Origin: Thermoproteota archaeon
GTDB lineage: Archaea; Korarchaeota; Korarchaeia; B14-G2
Direction: 5' to 3'
Assembly (NCBI GenBank): GCA_003661385.1
Contig: QMWA01000001.1
Location: 1-48,614 of the forward strand
DNA length: 48,614 bases
The notes beneath the pieces are model-generated. The model was not told the origin of the DNA. It made no database searches and saw nothing but the letters and a program-made list of their open reading frames with translations. Position 1 is the first letter of the stretch. The number at the start of each line of letters is the position of its first letter. The position numbers and the translations under genes are program-made. Below, piece by piece: positions 33,225-40,228 of this stretch.

Positions 33225-33531
33225 AGCCTAAGACTCGCCTGACAACCAAGTCTATGGCTTCTCCGATGTCTGCCTCGAGTATCCTGCTAGCTTTCTTCTC
33301 AGCCTCCTCCTCTATCCTCTTTGCCTCAGCACTAGCCTCCTTGATCTTCTTCTCCTTGATCTCCTCAGCTTTCTCTAGCGCCTTTCTCTTCTCTCTCTCG
33401 AGTATCTCCTTGGCCTTCTCCTCTGCTTCAGCAAGTATCTCGCTACTCTTCCTCTTAGCCTCTTCAACTATCCTCTTAGCCTCCTCCTCTGCTTTAATGA
33501 TCTCGAGAAGAACCTCGCTCATCAGCTCCAC
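33211..33531 (-). CDS. E/K/A-rich coiled-coil protein (resembles archaeal A/V-ATPase subunit H / stalk-type helices)
   Basis: 106 aa, almost entirely a charged helix (IIKAEEEAKRIVEEAKRKSSEILAEAEEKAKEILEREKRK...). Same strand as its neighbours, and its stop overlaps the FrhB-like start by 14 nt. Low complexity makes the call tentative. Confidence 0.55.
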   Translation of the reverse strand: MELMSEVLLEIIKAEEEAKRIVEEAKRKSSEILAEAEEKAKEILEREKRKALEKAEEIKEKKIKEASAEAKRIEEEAEKKASRILEADIGEAIDLVVRRVLGFEEL

Positions 33532-33557
33532 CCAGCCTCTGACTCCAGTTTTAAAAT

Positions 33558-35087
33558 TTAACCTGAGATCCTGATGAGCTTCACCTCACCCGTGGTTTTG
33601 TCCCTAATCTTGAGCTTTACTGTCTGCGGCGTCATCAGAGCCATGTAGTACAGCCCTTTAACAGCCTCTTCAACTGAAAGCCCTATGGTAGCCTCCAACA
33701 TAGCTGCTGCATTCACGACATATGGGTGCTTAGCCCTATAGCAGCTCACCCTATCTCCACCTGCTGTCTCAATGAGTACCACATGCTCTCCTCCTGGGCT
33801 TTCTACCCTAGCCACACATAGCCCTCTACCAGCTTTCCTAGCTACCCTAGACCTGAACGCGCCTGCAGGCGCTGTCCTAAGGGCTTCAGCAGCTATATCC
33901 ATGGCTTCAATGGCTTCTCTAAGCTCAAGCTCCATGATGCTAGCTAGGTCTCCCCCACTCTCTACGAGAGCTGCCTTCTTCAGCTCACTGTACACCGCAT
34001 AAGGCTCGTCGACCCTAACATCCAAGGCAGCTCCACATGCCCTTGCAACTACGCCAGTAGCCCCCTCCACTAGGCTCCCCCTTACTTTGCATACACCACT
34101 GAGCTCTTCGCAGGCCTTGTCTACCACCTCACTTGACTCAAGCTTCTCTCTGGCTTCACTTAGCCTGCTAGCCAGCTTACTCTCCTTATCTCCGCTGATA
34201 TCGAAGGCGACGCCCCCGATCAGAATAGCTCCAAGCCCTAGAGGGCTTCCAGTTGCAGCCACAAAGCCGCTCCTCAGGAGCCTTTCAGCCTCATGCCCCT
34301 CGCTCCAGCTGTATCCAAGCCATCTCAGAAACCTAACTAGGTGCTCCACATGTGCTAGTGCTCTCTCGGCTTCAAGGAGCACAGCTCTGAGGTACTCGCC
34401 TCGTAACGGTGGGCTCACACCAAGAGCTTCCTCAGCAGCCATCGAGTAGCATGCTGCCTGAGCTATGGGGTATCTTCCAGCCCTTTCAGCTAGAGGAAGG
34501 CTTCTGAACAGCCCTTGCTCCTCAGCTCTCCTCTCAACGCCGTAGTGTAATCCCCCTAGAGCGAGAACCCCGCCTTCCACCATGCCCTTCTCAGCTGAGA
34601 CCTCGAAGAAAGCCCCTCCCCTCAAGCTAGCAGAAGCCAGCTTACTTCTCACGTCCTCAGCTCTGGCTCTAAGCGGATAAAGCTCACTAGGCCACCCTTC
34701 GGGCAGAAAGAGCACCATGGATTTGCCTCTCCCGCTGTATTCCACTCCAAGCAGGCTAGCTGTCTCTGCTTCATAAACTGCTGCAGCAGGATATACACCT
34801 GAGCTGGAATCCAGCTTCCACCCTTCAGCCGCCAGGATAACGACCCCTTCTCTGCCAGCTAGCAGGTACCTGACCAGGGGCCTCTCCTCTCTCAGGCATG
34901 CAGCTATGTAGGCTAGCCTGAAGCCGGCTTCCTTAAGCTTTCTGAGGGCCTCAACTAGAGCAGCAGCCTCAACCTGGGCTTCTACCTTCCCTCCTTTAAG
35001 CTCCCTAACCTCAGCAGCCCCCTCTCCAACAGAGCTCTTGACAAGCTCAAGTAAGCTGCCTGCCATCATAGCACCATTGGGGCTCAC
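33558..35087 (-). CDS. fused NuoC-like / NuoD-like ([NiFe]-hydrogenase large-subunit fold) protein lacking Ni-Fe cysteine ligands
   Basis: The N-terminal ~150 aa align to the in-window NuoC (LKEAGFRL..., GVYPAAAVYEAETASLLGVEYSG, LPEGWPSELYPLR). The rest aligns to the in-window NuoD (LGGLHYGVERRAEE, ILIGGVAFDI, DVRVDEPYAVY, VESPGGEHVVLIE...YRAKHPYVVN). RxCGxCxxxH is replaced by RAGRYPIAQAA and DPCxxCxxR by YYMALMTPQ. ATG 35069 is a possible alternative start. Confidence 0.75.
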   Translation of the reverse strand: MSPNGAMMAGSLLELVKSSVGEGAAEVRELKGGKVEAQVEAAALVEALRKLKEAGFRLAYIAACLREERPLVRYLLAGREGVVILAAEGWKLDSSSGVYPAAAVYEAETASLLGVEYSGRGKSMVLFLPEGWPSELYPLRARAEDVRSKLASASLRGGAFFEVSAEKGMVEGGVLALGGLHYGVERRAEEQGLFRSLPLAERAGRYPIAQAACYSMAAEEALGVSPPLRGEYLRAVLLEAERALAHVEHLVRFLRWLGYSWSEGHEAERLLRSGFVAATGSPLGLGAILIGGVAFDISGDKESKLASRLSEAREKLESSEVVDKACEELSGVCKVRGSLVEGATGVVARACGAALDVRVDEPYAVYSELKKAALVESGGDLASIMELELREAIEAMDIAAEALRTAPAGAFRSRVARKAGRGLCVARVESPGGEHVVLIETAGGDRVSCYRAKHPYVVNAAAMLEATIGLSVEEAVKGLYYMALMTPQTVKLKIRDKTTGEVKLIRISG

Positions 35088-35113
35088 TCTGAGCCTTCAA
35101 TAAGGTTACTAAC

Positions 35114-35131
35114 CTAGCTGCATGCAGCTAG
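35114..35131. promoter_or_regulatory. 18-bp perfect palindrome CTAGCTGCATGCAGCTAG between divergent hydrogenase-like genes (candidate operator)
   Basis: Exact reverse-complement symmetry. It lies in the 77-nt divergent spacer, flanked by A/T-rich TATA-like stretches (35097-35109 facing the minus strand, 35135-35144 facing the plus strand). Confidence 0.5.
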
Positions 35132-35164
35132 AGCAAAGCTTATCTTCAGAGCTAGAAGCCCCCC

Positions 35165-35755
35165 ATGGGGCTTCACTTGCAGGCTAGCTCAGGGCTTAAG
35201 CTAGTTCATGTAGCTGTTGGCCTGTGCAGCGGCTGCCTCAGGCAGGTTGAAGCTGCTCTAAGCTCTGGGGGAGAGTTGCACGAGAAGAGCATCCTAGTTG
35301 TCTCAGGTGCTCCTTCTCACATACATGCACGCGAGATACAGGAGGCTTGGAGGTCTCTACCAGAGCCTAAGGTCGCTATCGCTGTAGGTGCATGTGCTTG
35401 CAGCGGTGGAGTATTCAGGGAGTGCTATGCTTTTAGGGCTCTAAACAGCATTATACCAGTCAAAGTGATGGTGTCAGGCTGCCCCCCTCCTGAGGAAGCA
35501 ATCCTCAAAGCTCTTAGAGAGGAAGCTGCCTCAGCTGATGTAGATGGCTATAGAGGGGCTCCAGCTATAAACGAAGAACTCTGTGTAGCTTGTGGGCTAT
35601 GTAGCCGGGAATGCCCACCTGGAGCATTAGAGGCGGGGGAAGGAGAGAAACCGAGGCTTAACCAGTGGAGGTGCATAAGCTGCAGCCGATGCGAGATGAT
35701 ATGCCCTAGAGGAGCCATTGAGATGACACCTAGATTCACCATATCGCTCACTTAA
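35165..35755 (+). CDS. hydrogenase small-subunit/NuoB-like protein fused to a 2x[4Fe-4S] ferredoxin domain
   Basis: Aligns to the in-window NuoB: VGLCSGCLRQVE (CxxC spacing as in group-4 hydrogenase small subunits, not the NuoB CC), LPEPKVAIAVGACACSGGVF, VSGCPPPEEA. The C-terminal domain carries CVACGLCSRECP and CISCSRCEMICP. Confidence 0.8.
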   Translation: MGLHLQASSGLKLVHVAVGLCSGCLRQVEAALSSGGELHEKSILVVSGAPSHIHAREIQEAWRSLPEPKVAIAVGACACSGGVFRECYAFRALNSIIPVKVMVSGCPPPEEAILKALREEAASADVDGYRGAPAINEELCVACGLCSRECPPGALEAGEGEKPRLNQWRCISCSRCEMICPRGAIEMTPRFTISLT

Positions 35756-35759
35756 GTGC

Positions 35760-36773
35760 TTAGCTAGGCTTGCACGCCTCTCTAAGCATTTTTCTCACAG
35801 CATACTCCGGGAATTCCTCTAGAACCCTCCTATACCTGCTCTCTGGGAACACTGATATCGCCTCTCTAGCTAGCCTGCACTTCTCACATACATATCTGAA
35901 TGCACTCCTCGCAACCCTCTTCAGAAACTTCCTCTCACGCCTAATTACAGCTGCTCTTAAAGCAGCTCCATACCCGGGTATGAGCATAAACACCCCTCCA
36001 GGCCCCCTAGCAAGCACAAGCTTCCTAAAAAGCTCTATAGCAGCTTCTCTACCTGAGAAGAATGCTACCATGGGGAATATCGATGTCATCAGGTCTGCTT
36101 CAGCAGCTCCATTCTGGAGGAGCTTACTCAAGTCAACGAGGTCATCTGCTACCTGGAAAGCCATTCCACATAGGAGCCCATAGACGTATGCTCTCTCCCG
36201 CAGCTCTGAAGGGGCTTTAGCTGCTATGGCCCCCAGCTTACAGGCTGTAGCAAAAAGCTCACCTGCCTTCAGCTTCACTATGCTTTCATAAAGCTCCTCC
36301 TGTATGCTCCCATAGATCAAGCTTGAAGCTATGTCCTTGAATCCAAGAGGCTCCATGACAGCTCCTCTAGCAACGTTGTACACAGCCTCGCTTAAAGCAT
36401 CCTTGCTGCCGTCCTCGCTCTTGGTCAGCTTTATGGCGGCGCTCATAAGCAAGTCAGCGAGTAGCACAGCCTTTCTAGGGCCTATAACTGCGTAAAGAGG
36501 AAGCTTCCCCCTTCTAACCTTATGCCTGTCAACGTAGTCGTCGTGGGTCAGTGTTCCAGCGTGTATCATCTCAATTGCTGCAGCATACTCCAGCGCATCT
36601 TCTCTTCTCCCTCCGAGCGCTTCACATGTGAGCAGGCACAGGACTGCGCGGAGCCTCTTCCCTCCAGTGAGTTGGAATAGCATGTGTCTGCTGAAGTGGA
36701 GCCTTCTAGCCATCTCAGCTAGCTTAAGGTCTATCAGAGGCCTAGTTTCCCTAGCATAGCTCTCGATATCCAA
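35760..36773 (-). CDS. trans-polyprenyl diphosphate synthase
   Basis: FARM LTHDDYVDRH and SARM FQVADDLVD. 337 aa. Confidence 0.9.
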   Translation of the reverse strand: MDIESYARETRPLIDLKLAEMARRLHFSRHMLFQLTGGKRLRAVLCLLTCEALGGRREDALEYAAAIEMIHAGTLTHDDYVDRHKVRRGKLPLYAVIGPRKAVLLADLLMSAAIKLTKSEDGSKDALSEAVYNVARGAVMEPLGFKDIASSLIYGSIQEELYESIVKLKAGELFATACKLGAIAAKAPSELRERAYVYGLLCGMAFQVADDLVDLSKLLQNGAAEADLMTSIFPMVAFFSGREAAIELFRKLVLARGPGGVFMLIPGYGAALRAAVIRRERKFLKRVARSAFRYVCEKCRLAREAISVFPESRYRRVLEEFPEYAVRKMLREACKPS

Positions 36774-36821
36774 TGTCCCCTCCCAAGCTCAGCACCACCT
36801 CCTCATAAGCTTGGCGCTCCA

Positions 36822-37835
36822 CTAGCCCCTAAGCAAGGCGGTTCCCAGAGCTTTCACCAGCTCTAGGACAGGAACTCTGCTGCCAGAGTAAAGCTGGGTA
36901 ACGAGGCTGTCTCCAGCTTCAGCTATAACCCTACCTCTAAGCCCTTCTGGAGTAGCGATGATAGCCTTAAGCACAGCCTTACCCCGCTGAAACCTCCTAC
37001 CGAAGGCGGATTTCCACAGCCTCTCATAGCTCTTAGTGAAGCATATCCTACCAGAGAAGAGGGCGTACTTTATTCCCTCTCCACTAGATGGCATCACGAG
37101 GCCGGCTGCCTCACCAGCAGCCACAACACCCTTAGCTGTGAACCTCCTTATAGGCCCACTGACGCATACTGGTGCAGCTCTAATGTGCCCGCTTAAGCTG
37201 AGCTTAAGCTTCCTTAAACCCAGCCTAAGCCACGCCTCGAGAGCACGCAAGCTGGAGAACCCTCCTACACCAAAGTTCACTGTCCTGTCTCCTCTTGGGA
37301 AAGCCCACCCATATCCAGAGGGAAGTATGCTTATCAAGATTTCATCTTCACTCAATCTCCCCTTACAGTAGCACTGCAAGGCTGGAATAGATCTGTACCC
37401 ACGGTAGTCAAGGCCTCTCCACCTAGCTATGCTACCTGGGTTCCCGCTTGCATCTACGATGAGATCGCATTCAAGCCTGCTCCACGGCCTTACTCTGCTT
37501 CCCATCTTGACCACTGCTCCCTCTGACTCCGCTGCCTCCTTAAGCTCTCTCAGCATAGCCTTCTTGTCTATTATGTACCCGAATGTGCTAGCTGACTCTA
37601 CCCTCCGAAGGGGCCTCCAGTATAGGCAAAGCAGGCACCCAGCTACCCTATTCAGTATAAAGTCACCGCAGCCTGGTGGCAGGTGCCTCATCGTGTCCTC
37701 TGGTATACCCTCGCCACATGGTTTAGCTCCGAGCTCGCGGCTCTTTTCATACACCACCACACCATGCCCAGCTCTAGAAGCCCAGTATGCGCAGCTCAGC
37801 CCGGCTACTCCGGCTCCCACAACTACTAGCCTCAA
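36822..37835 (-). CDS. geranylgeranyl reductase-family FAD-dependent oxidoreductase
   Basis: Rossmann motif VVVGAGVAGLSCAYWASRAGHGVVVYEK at the extreme N-terminus, GGR-type KPCGEGIP, and GEAAGLVMPSSGEGI. The TTG start is required to retain GxGxxG. Confidence 0.85.
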   Translation of the reverse strand: MRLVVVGAGVAGLSCAYWASRAGHGVVVYEKSRELGAKPCGEGIPEDTMRHLPPGCGDFILNRVAGCLLCLYWRPLRRVESASTFGYIIDKKAMLRELKEAAESEGAVVKMGSRVRPWSRLECDLIVDASGNPGSIARWRGLDYRGYRSIPALQCYCKGRLSEDEILISILPSGYGWAFPRGDRTVNFGVGGFSSLRALEAWLRLGLRKLKLSLSGHIRAAPVCVSGPIRRFTAKGVVAAGEAAGLVMPSSGEGIKYALFSGRICFTKSYERLWKSAFGRRFQRGKAVLKAIIATPEGLRGRVIAEAGDSLVTQLYSGSRVPVLELVKALGTALLRG

Positions 37836-37860
37836 GCTTCATCCCACTGCTTCGTAACCG

Positions 37861-37866
37861 TTATAA
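37861..37866. promoter_or_regulatory. single palindromic TATA-like element TTATAA at the midpoint of a 53-nt divergent spacer
   Basis: The centre (37863.5) is 28.5 nt from start 37835 (minus) and 25.5 nt from ATG 37889 (plus). Confidence 0.5.
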
Positions 37867-37888
37867 GCTGCTCCATTAGCAGCCAGCT

Positions 37889-38782
37889 ATGCTCGGCAGC
37901 TGGCTCAAGCTAATTAGAGCGAACTTCCTCCTCCTTACTCCAGTAGTCTACTCGCTGGGCATAGCCTCTCTCCTATACGATGGCATCCCAATAGATGCTG
38001 TAGATGCAGCCTTAGCTTTGGTCGCAAGCATACTATCACACATGTCGGTCAATGTGCTGAACAACTACTTCGACTACAAGAGCGGAATAGACCTGAAGTC
38101 CAGGAAAACACCCTTTAGTGGAGGTGTCGATGTCCTGGCTAGAGGCGAGATATCACCGAGAGGGGCTCTCGCACTTGGGCTCACCTCAGGTCTCACTGCA
38201 GCTGCTATAGGAGCCTACTACATGCAAAAGTGCCCCAAGCTCATTGGAGCCATAGTGGCCTATGCTGCAGCCTGCGTTACCTTATACACCCCTGTTCTAT
38301 CTCATGTTCCAGCTTTATCAGAGGTTGTCGCTGGAACAGGCTTCTCGCTGATGTGCCTGTGGGCTTACGTGGTTCAAGCCAGAGCTTTGAGTTCGACAAT
38401 AGCCTCACTATACGTGTTCTCATCGATACTCGTCGGAGTCCTGCTGCTTCTAAACGAGTTCCCCGACATGGAAGTGGATAAGGAAGCTGGTAGAAGACAC
38501 ACTGTAGTGCTATTGGGGAGAGGTGGGGCAGCAAGGGTGTACGCAGCTCTAGTAGCTGCAGCTTACATCACTCTCATCGCTGCAGTGGCTGCCCGCATCC
38601 TACCACTAGCTGCTCTCCTAGCTCTGGCGACAGCGCCTCTGGCAGTAGACTCCTCAAGAAGGGTGCTAGCTAGCCCAGATAGCTTTGAAAGCATGCTTCA
38701 AGCGATGGCCAGGAACCTAGCTGTGGTCCTGCTGTCCATAGCTCTAGCCTCAACGGGGTTATCTGCTGCAGCGCTGCTATGA
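37889..38782 (+). CDS. menA: UbiA-superfamily prenyltransferase, MenA-like (1,4-dihydroxy-2-naphthoate polyprenyltransferase-like)
   Basis: NVLNNYFDYKSGID (NxxxDxxxGxD) and the second Asp-rich motif NEFPDMEVDKEAGRRH. About 8 TM helices. 297 aa. Confidence 0.75.
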   Translation: MLGSWLKLIRANFLLLTPVVYSLGIASLLYDGIPIDAVDAALALVASILSHMSVNVLNNYFDYKSGIDLKSRKTPFSGGVDVLARGEISPRGALALGLTSGLTAAAIGAYYMQKCPKLIGAIVAYAAACVTLYTPVLSHVPALSEVVAGTGFSLMCLWAYVVQARALSSTIASLYVFSSILVGVLLLLNEFPDMEVDKEAGRRHTVVLLGRGGAARVYAALVAAAYITLIAAVAARILPLAALLALATAPLAVDSSRRVLASPDSFESMLQAMARNLAVVLLSIALASTGLSAAALL

Positions 38783-38819
38783 AGGCAAAAGCTGAATTCG
38801 CCTCCTTCATGTGTTAATG

Positions 38820-38827
38820 TTTTTAAA
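38820..38827 (+). promoter_or_regulatory. TATA-like box TTTTTAAA upstream of the nuo operon
   Basis: Only 10 nt from GTG 38837 but about 45 nt from ATG 38870, which is itself preceded by GGGGGG (38860-38865). This supports the downstream start for nuoA. Confidence 0.5.
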
Positions 38828-38869
38828 CAATTCAATGTGGAGGTTGCTGAGAGCCCCTCGGGGGGTTAT

Positions 38870-39268
38870 ATGCTTGCTCCAGGCTTCGACTTGGCAGCAG
38901 CCATCACACTCGCCCTCGCCTTCGCTATAGGCGTCGTTATAGGGGCTATTGGCTTTGTACTCGGCAGAATAATTTCACCAAGGCGAGAGCTCCCGATGAA
39001 GCGTGAGAGATACGAGTGCGGCAACAAGCCAATGGGGAGGGCTAGAGGATGGTTTGCAATGCAATACTACCCGTACCTCATAGTGTTCCTCACAGTAGAG
39101 CCCATAGCGATATACTGCTTCCTATCACTGATACTTGCCAAAGAAGCCCTCCTCCAAGTCTCAGCTATTCTAGCTCTGATAGTAGCTATGCTAGCTCCAA
39201 CCCTGCTCTTCGGTTTAGAGGCAGCTAGGAGGGTTGAGCTATGGCTTGTTCAGGAGGATTCATCCTGA
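38870..39268 (+). CDS. nuoA: NADH-quinone oxidoreductase subunit A
   Basis: Three TM helices and the RERYECGNKP loop. The track ORF starts at GTG 38837, but ATG 38870 fits the promoter/SD geometry. Confidence 0.85.
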   Translation: MLAPGFDLAAAITLALAFAIGVVIGAIGFVLGRIISPRRELPMKRERYECGNKPMGRARGWFAMQYYPYLIVFLTVEPIAIYCFLSLILAKEALLQVSAILALIVAMLAPTLLFGLEAARRVELWLVQEDSS

Positions 39269-39771
39269 TAGGTGAGCTTGAGGAGGTAGCGCGAAAAGCT
39301 GCTCAGTGGCTAGTGGAGAAGACACCTATCAAGACGATAAGAGACTGGGGCATAAGGTTCTCCCTTTGGCCGGTGCACTTCACCACAGCATGCTGTGGGG
39401 CAGAGTTTGCAGCTACATCAGGCCCAAGGTACGATGCTGAGAGATACGGGTTCCTCCCGTTTACAGCCCCAAGGCAGTGCAACCTTATGCTGATAGAAGG
39501 CACGCTAACCAAGAAAATGGGCAGAGCTGCAAAGATAGTCTATGACCAGATGCCAGAGCCGAAGTTCGTCATAGCAATGGGAGTCTGTGGCTTAGATGGA
39601 GGGATATTCTGGAACAGCTATAACATAGTGAGGCCATGGCAGATCCTGCCAGTCGAGGTGTTCATACCAGGATGCCCACCTAGACCTGAAGCTGTAGCTA
39701 GAGCAATACTGATGCTACAGGAGAAGATAAAGAAGGAGGGTGTCAAAGTTGAAGCTAGAGGAGGTACTTGA
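39241..39771 (+). CDS. nuoB: NADH-quinone oxidoreductase subunit B
   Basis: FTTACCGAEF, AMGVCGLDGG, IPGCPPRPE (N2 cluster ligands). Confidence 0.9.
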   Translation: MACSGGFILIGELEEVARKAAQWLVEKTPIKTIRDWGIRFSLWPVHFTTACCGAEFAATSGPRYDAERYGFLPFTAPRQCNLMLIEGTLTKKMGRAAKIVYDQMPEPKFVIAMGVCGLDGGIFWNSYNIVRPWQILPVEVFIPGCPPRPEAVARAILMLQEKIKKEGVKVEARGGT

Positions 39772-40228
39772 GCTCCTAAAAGCCGCGCTCAGCGGCGTCG
39801 AGTGCCTCATCGGAGAGGAAAGTGGGATACCGACGGTGAGAGTCCACCCAGAGAACCTCCTTGAGGCAGCTAAGAAGCTGAAGGAAAGCGGATTCGACCA
39901 CGTGAAGTCGGTAACCGGGTTAGACTACCCAGATGAAGGGGAGATAGAGGTAGTATACCATGTCTCATCATACACCAAGCCTGAGCTGACGAAGGTCATA
40001 GTAGCCTTGAAGGCTAGAGTCAAGAGGGACTCGCCAAAGCTCACGTCACTTTACGGGATATGGCCTAGCTCAGCCTACCTGGAGTCAGAGACCTACGACC
40101 TGATGGGGGTGGAGTTCGAGGGAAACCCGAAGCAGAGGAGGCTTCTTCTACCTGAAGACTACGAGGGAATCCCTCCACTCAGGAAGGACTTCAAGATACC
40201 TGTCGAGGGGGTTGATGCGGTTGAGTGA
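39740..40228 (+). CDS. nuoC: NADH-quinone oxidoreductase subunit C
   Basis: 30-kDa subunit motifs: SLYGIWPSSAYLESETYDLMGVEFEGNP...LLLPEDYEGIPPLRKDF. Confidence 0.9.
   Translation: MSKLKLEEVLELLKAALSGVECLIGEESGIPTVRVHPENLLEAAKKLKESGFDHVKSVTGLDYPDEGEIEVVYHVSSYTKPELTKVIVALKARVKRDSPKLTSLYGIWPSSAYLESETYDLMGVEFEGNPKQRRLLLPEDYEGIPPLRKDFKIPVEGVDAVE

Noticed and set aside
33558-35087. Calling this gene a functional [NiFe]-hydrogenase large subunit.
   Set aside because: No CxxC pair exists anywhere in the protein. Both Ni-Fe ligand motifs are replaced by non-Cys residues, as judged against the in-window NuoD alignment.
38837-38869. GTG 38837 as the nuoA start (track ORF).
   Set aside because: It is only 10 nt downstream of the TATA-like TTTTTAAA. 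ATG 38870 is preceded by a G6 Shine-Dalgarno-like run and gives a typical NuoA N-terminus. The choice remains uncertain without TSS data.
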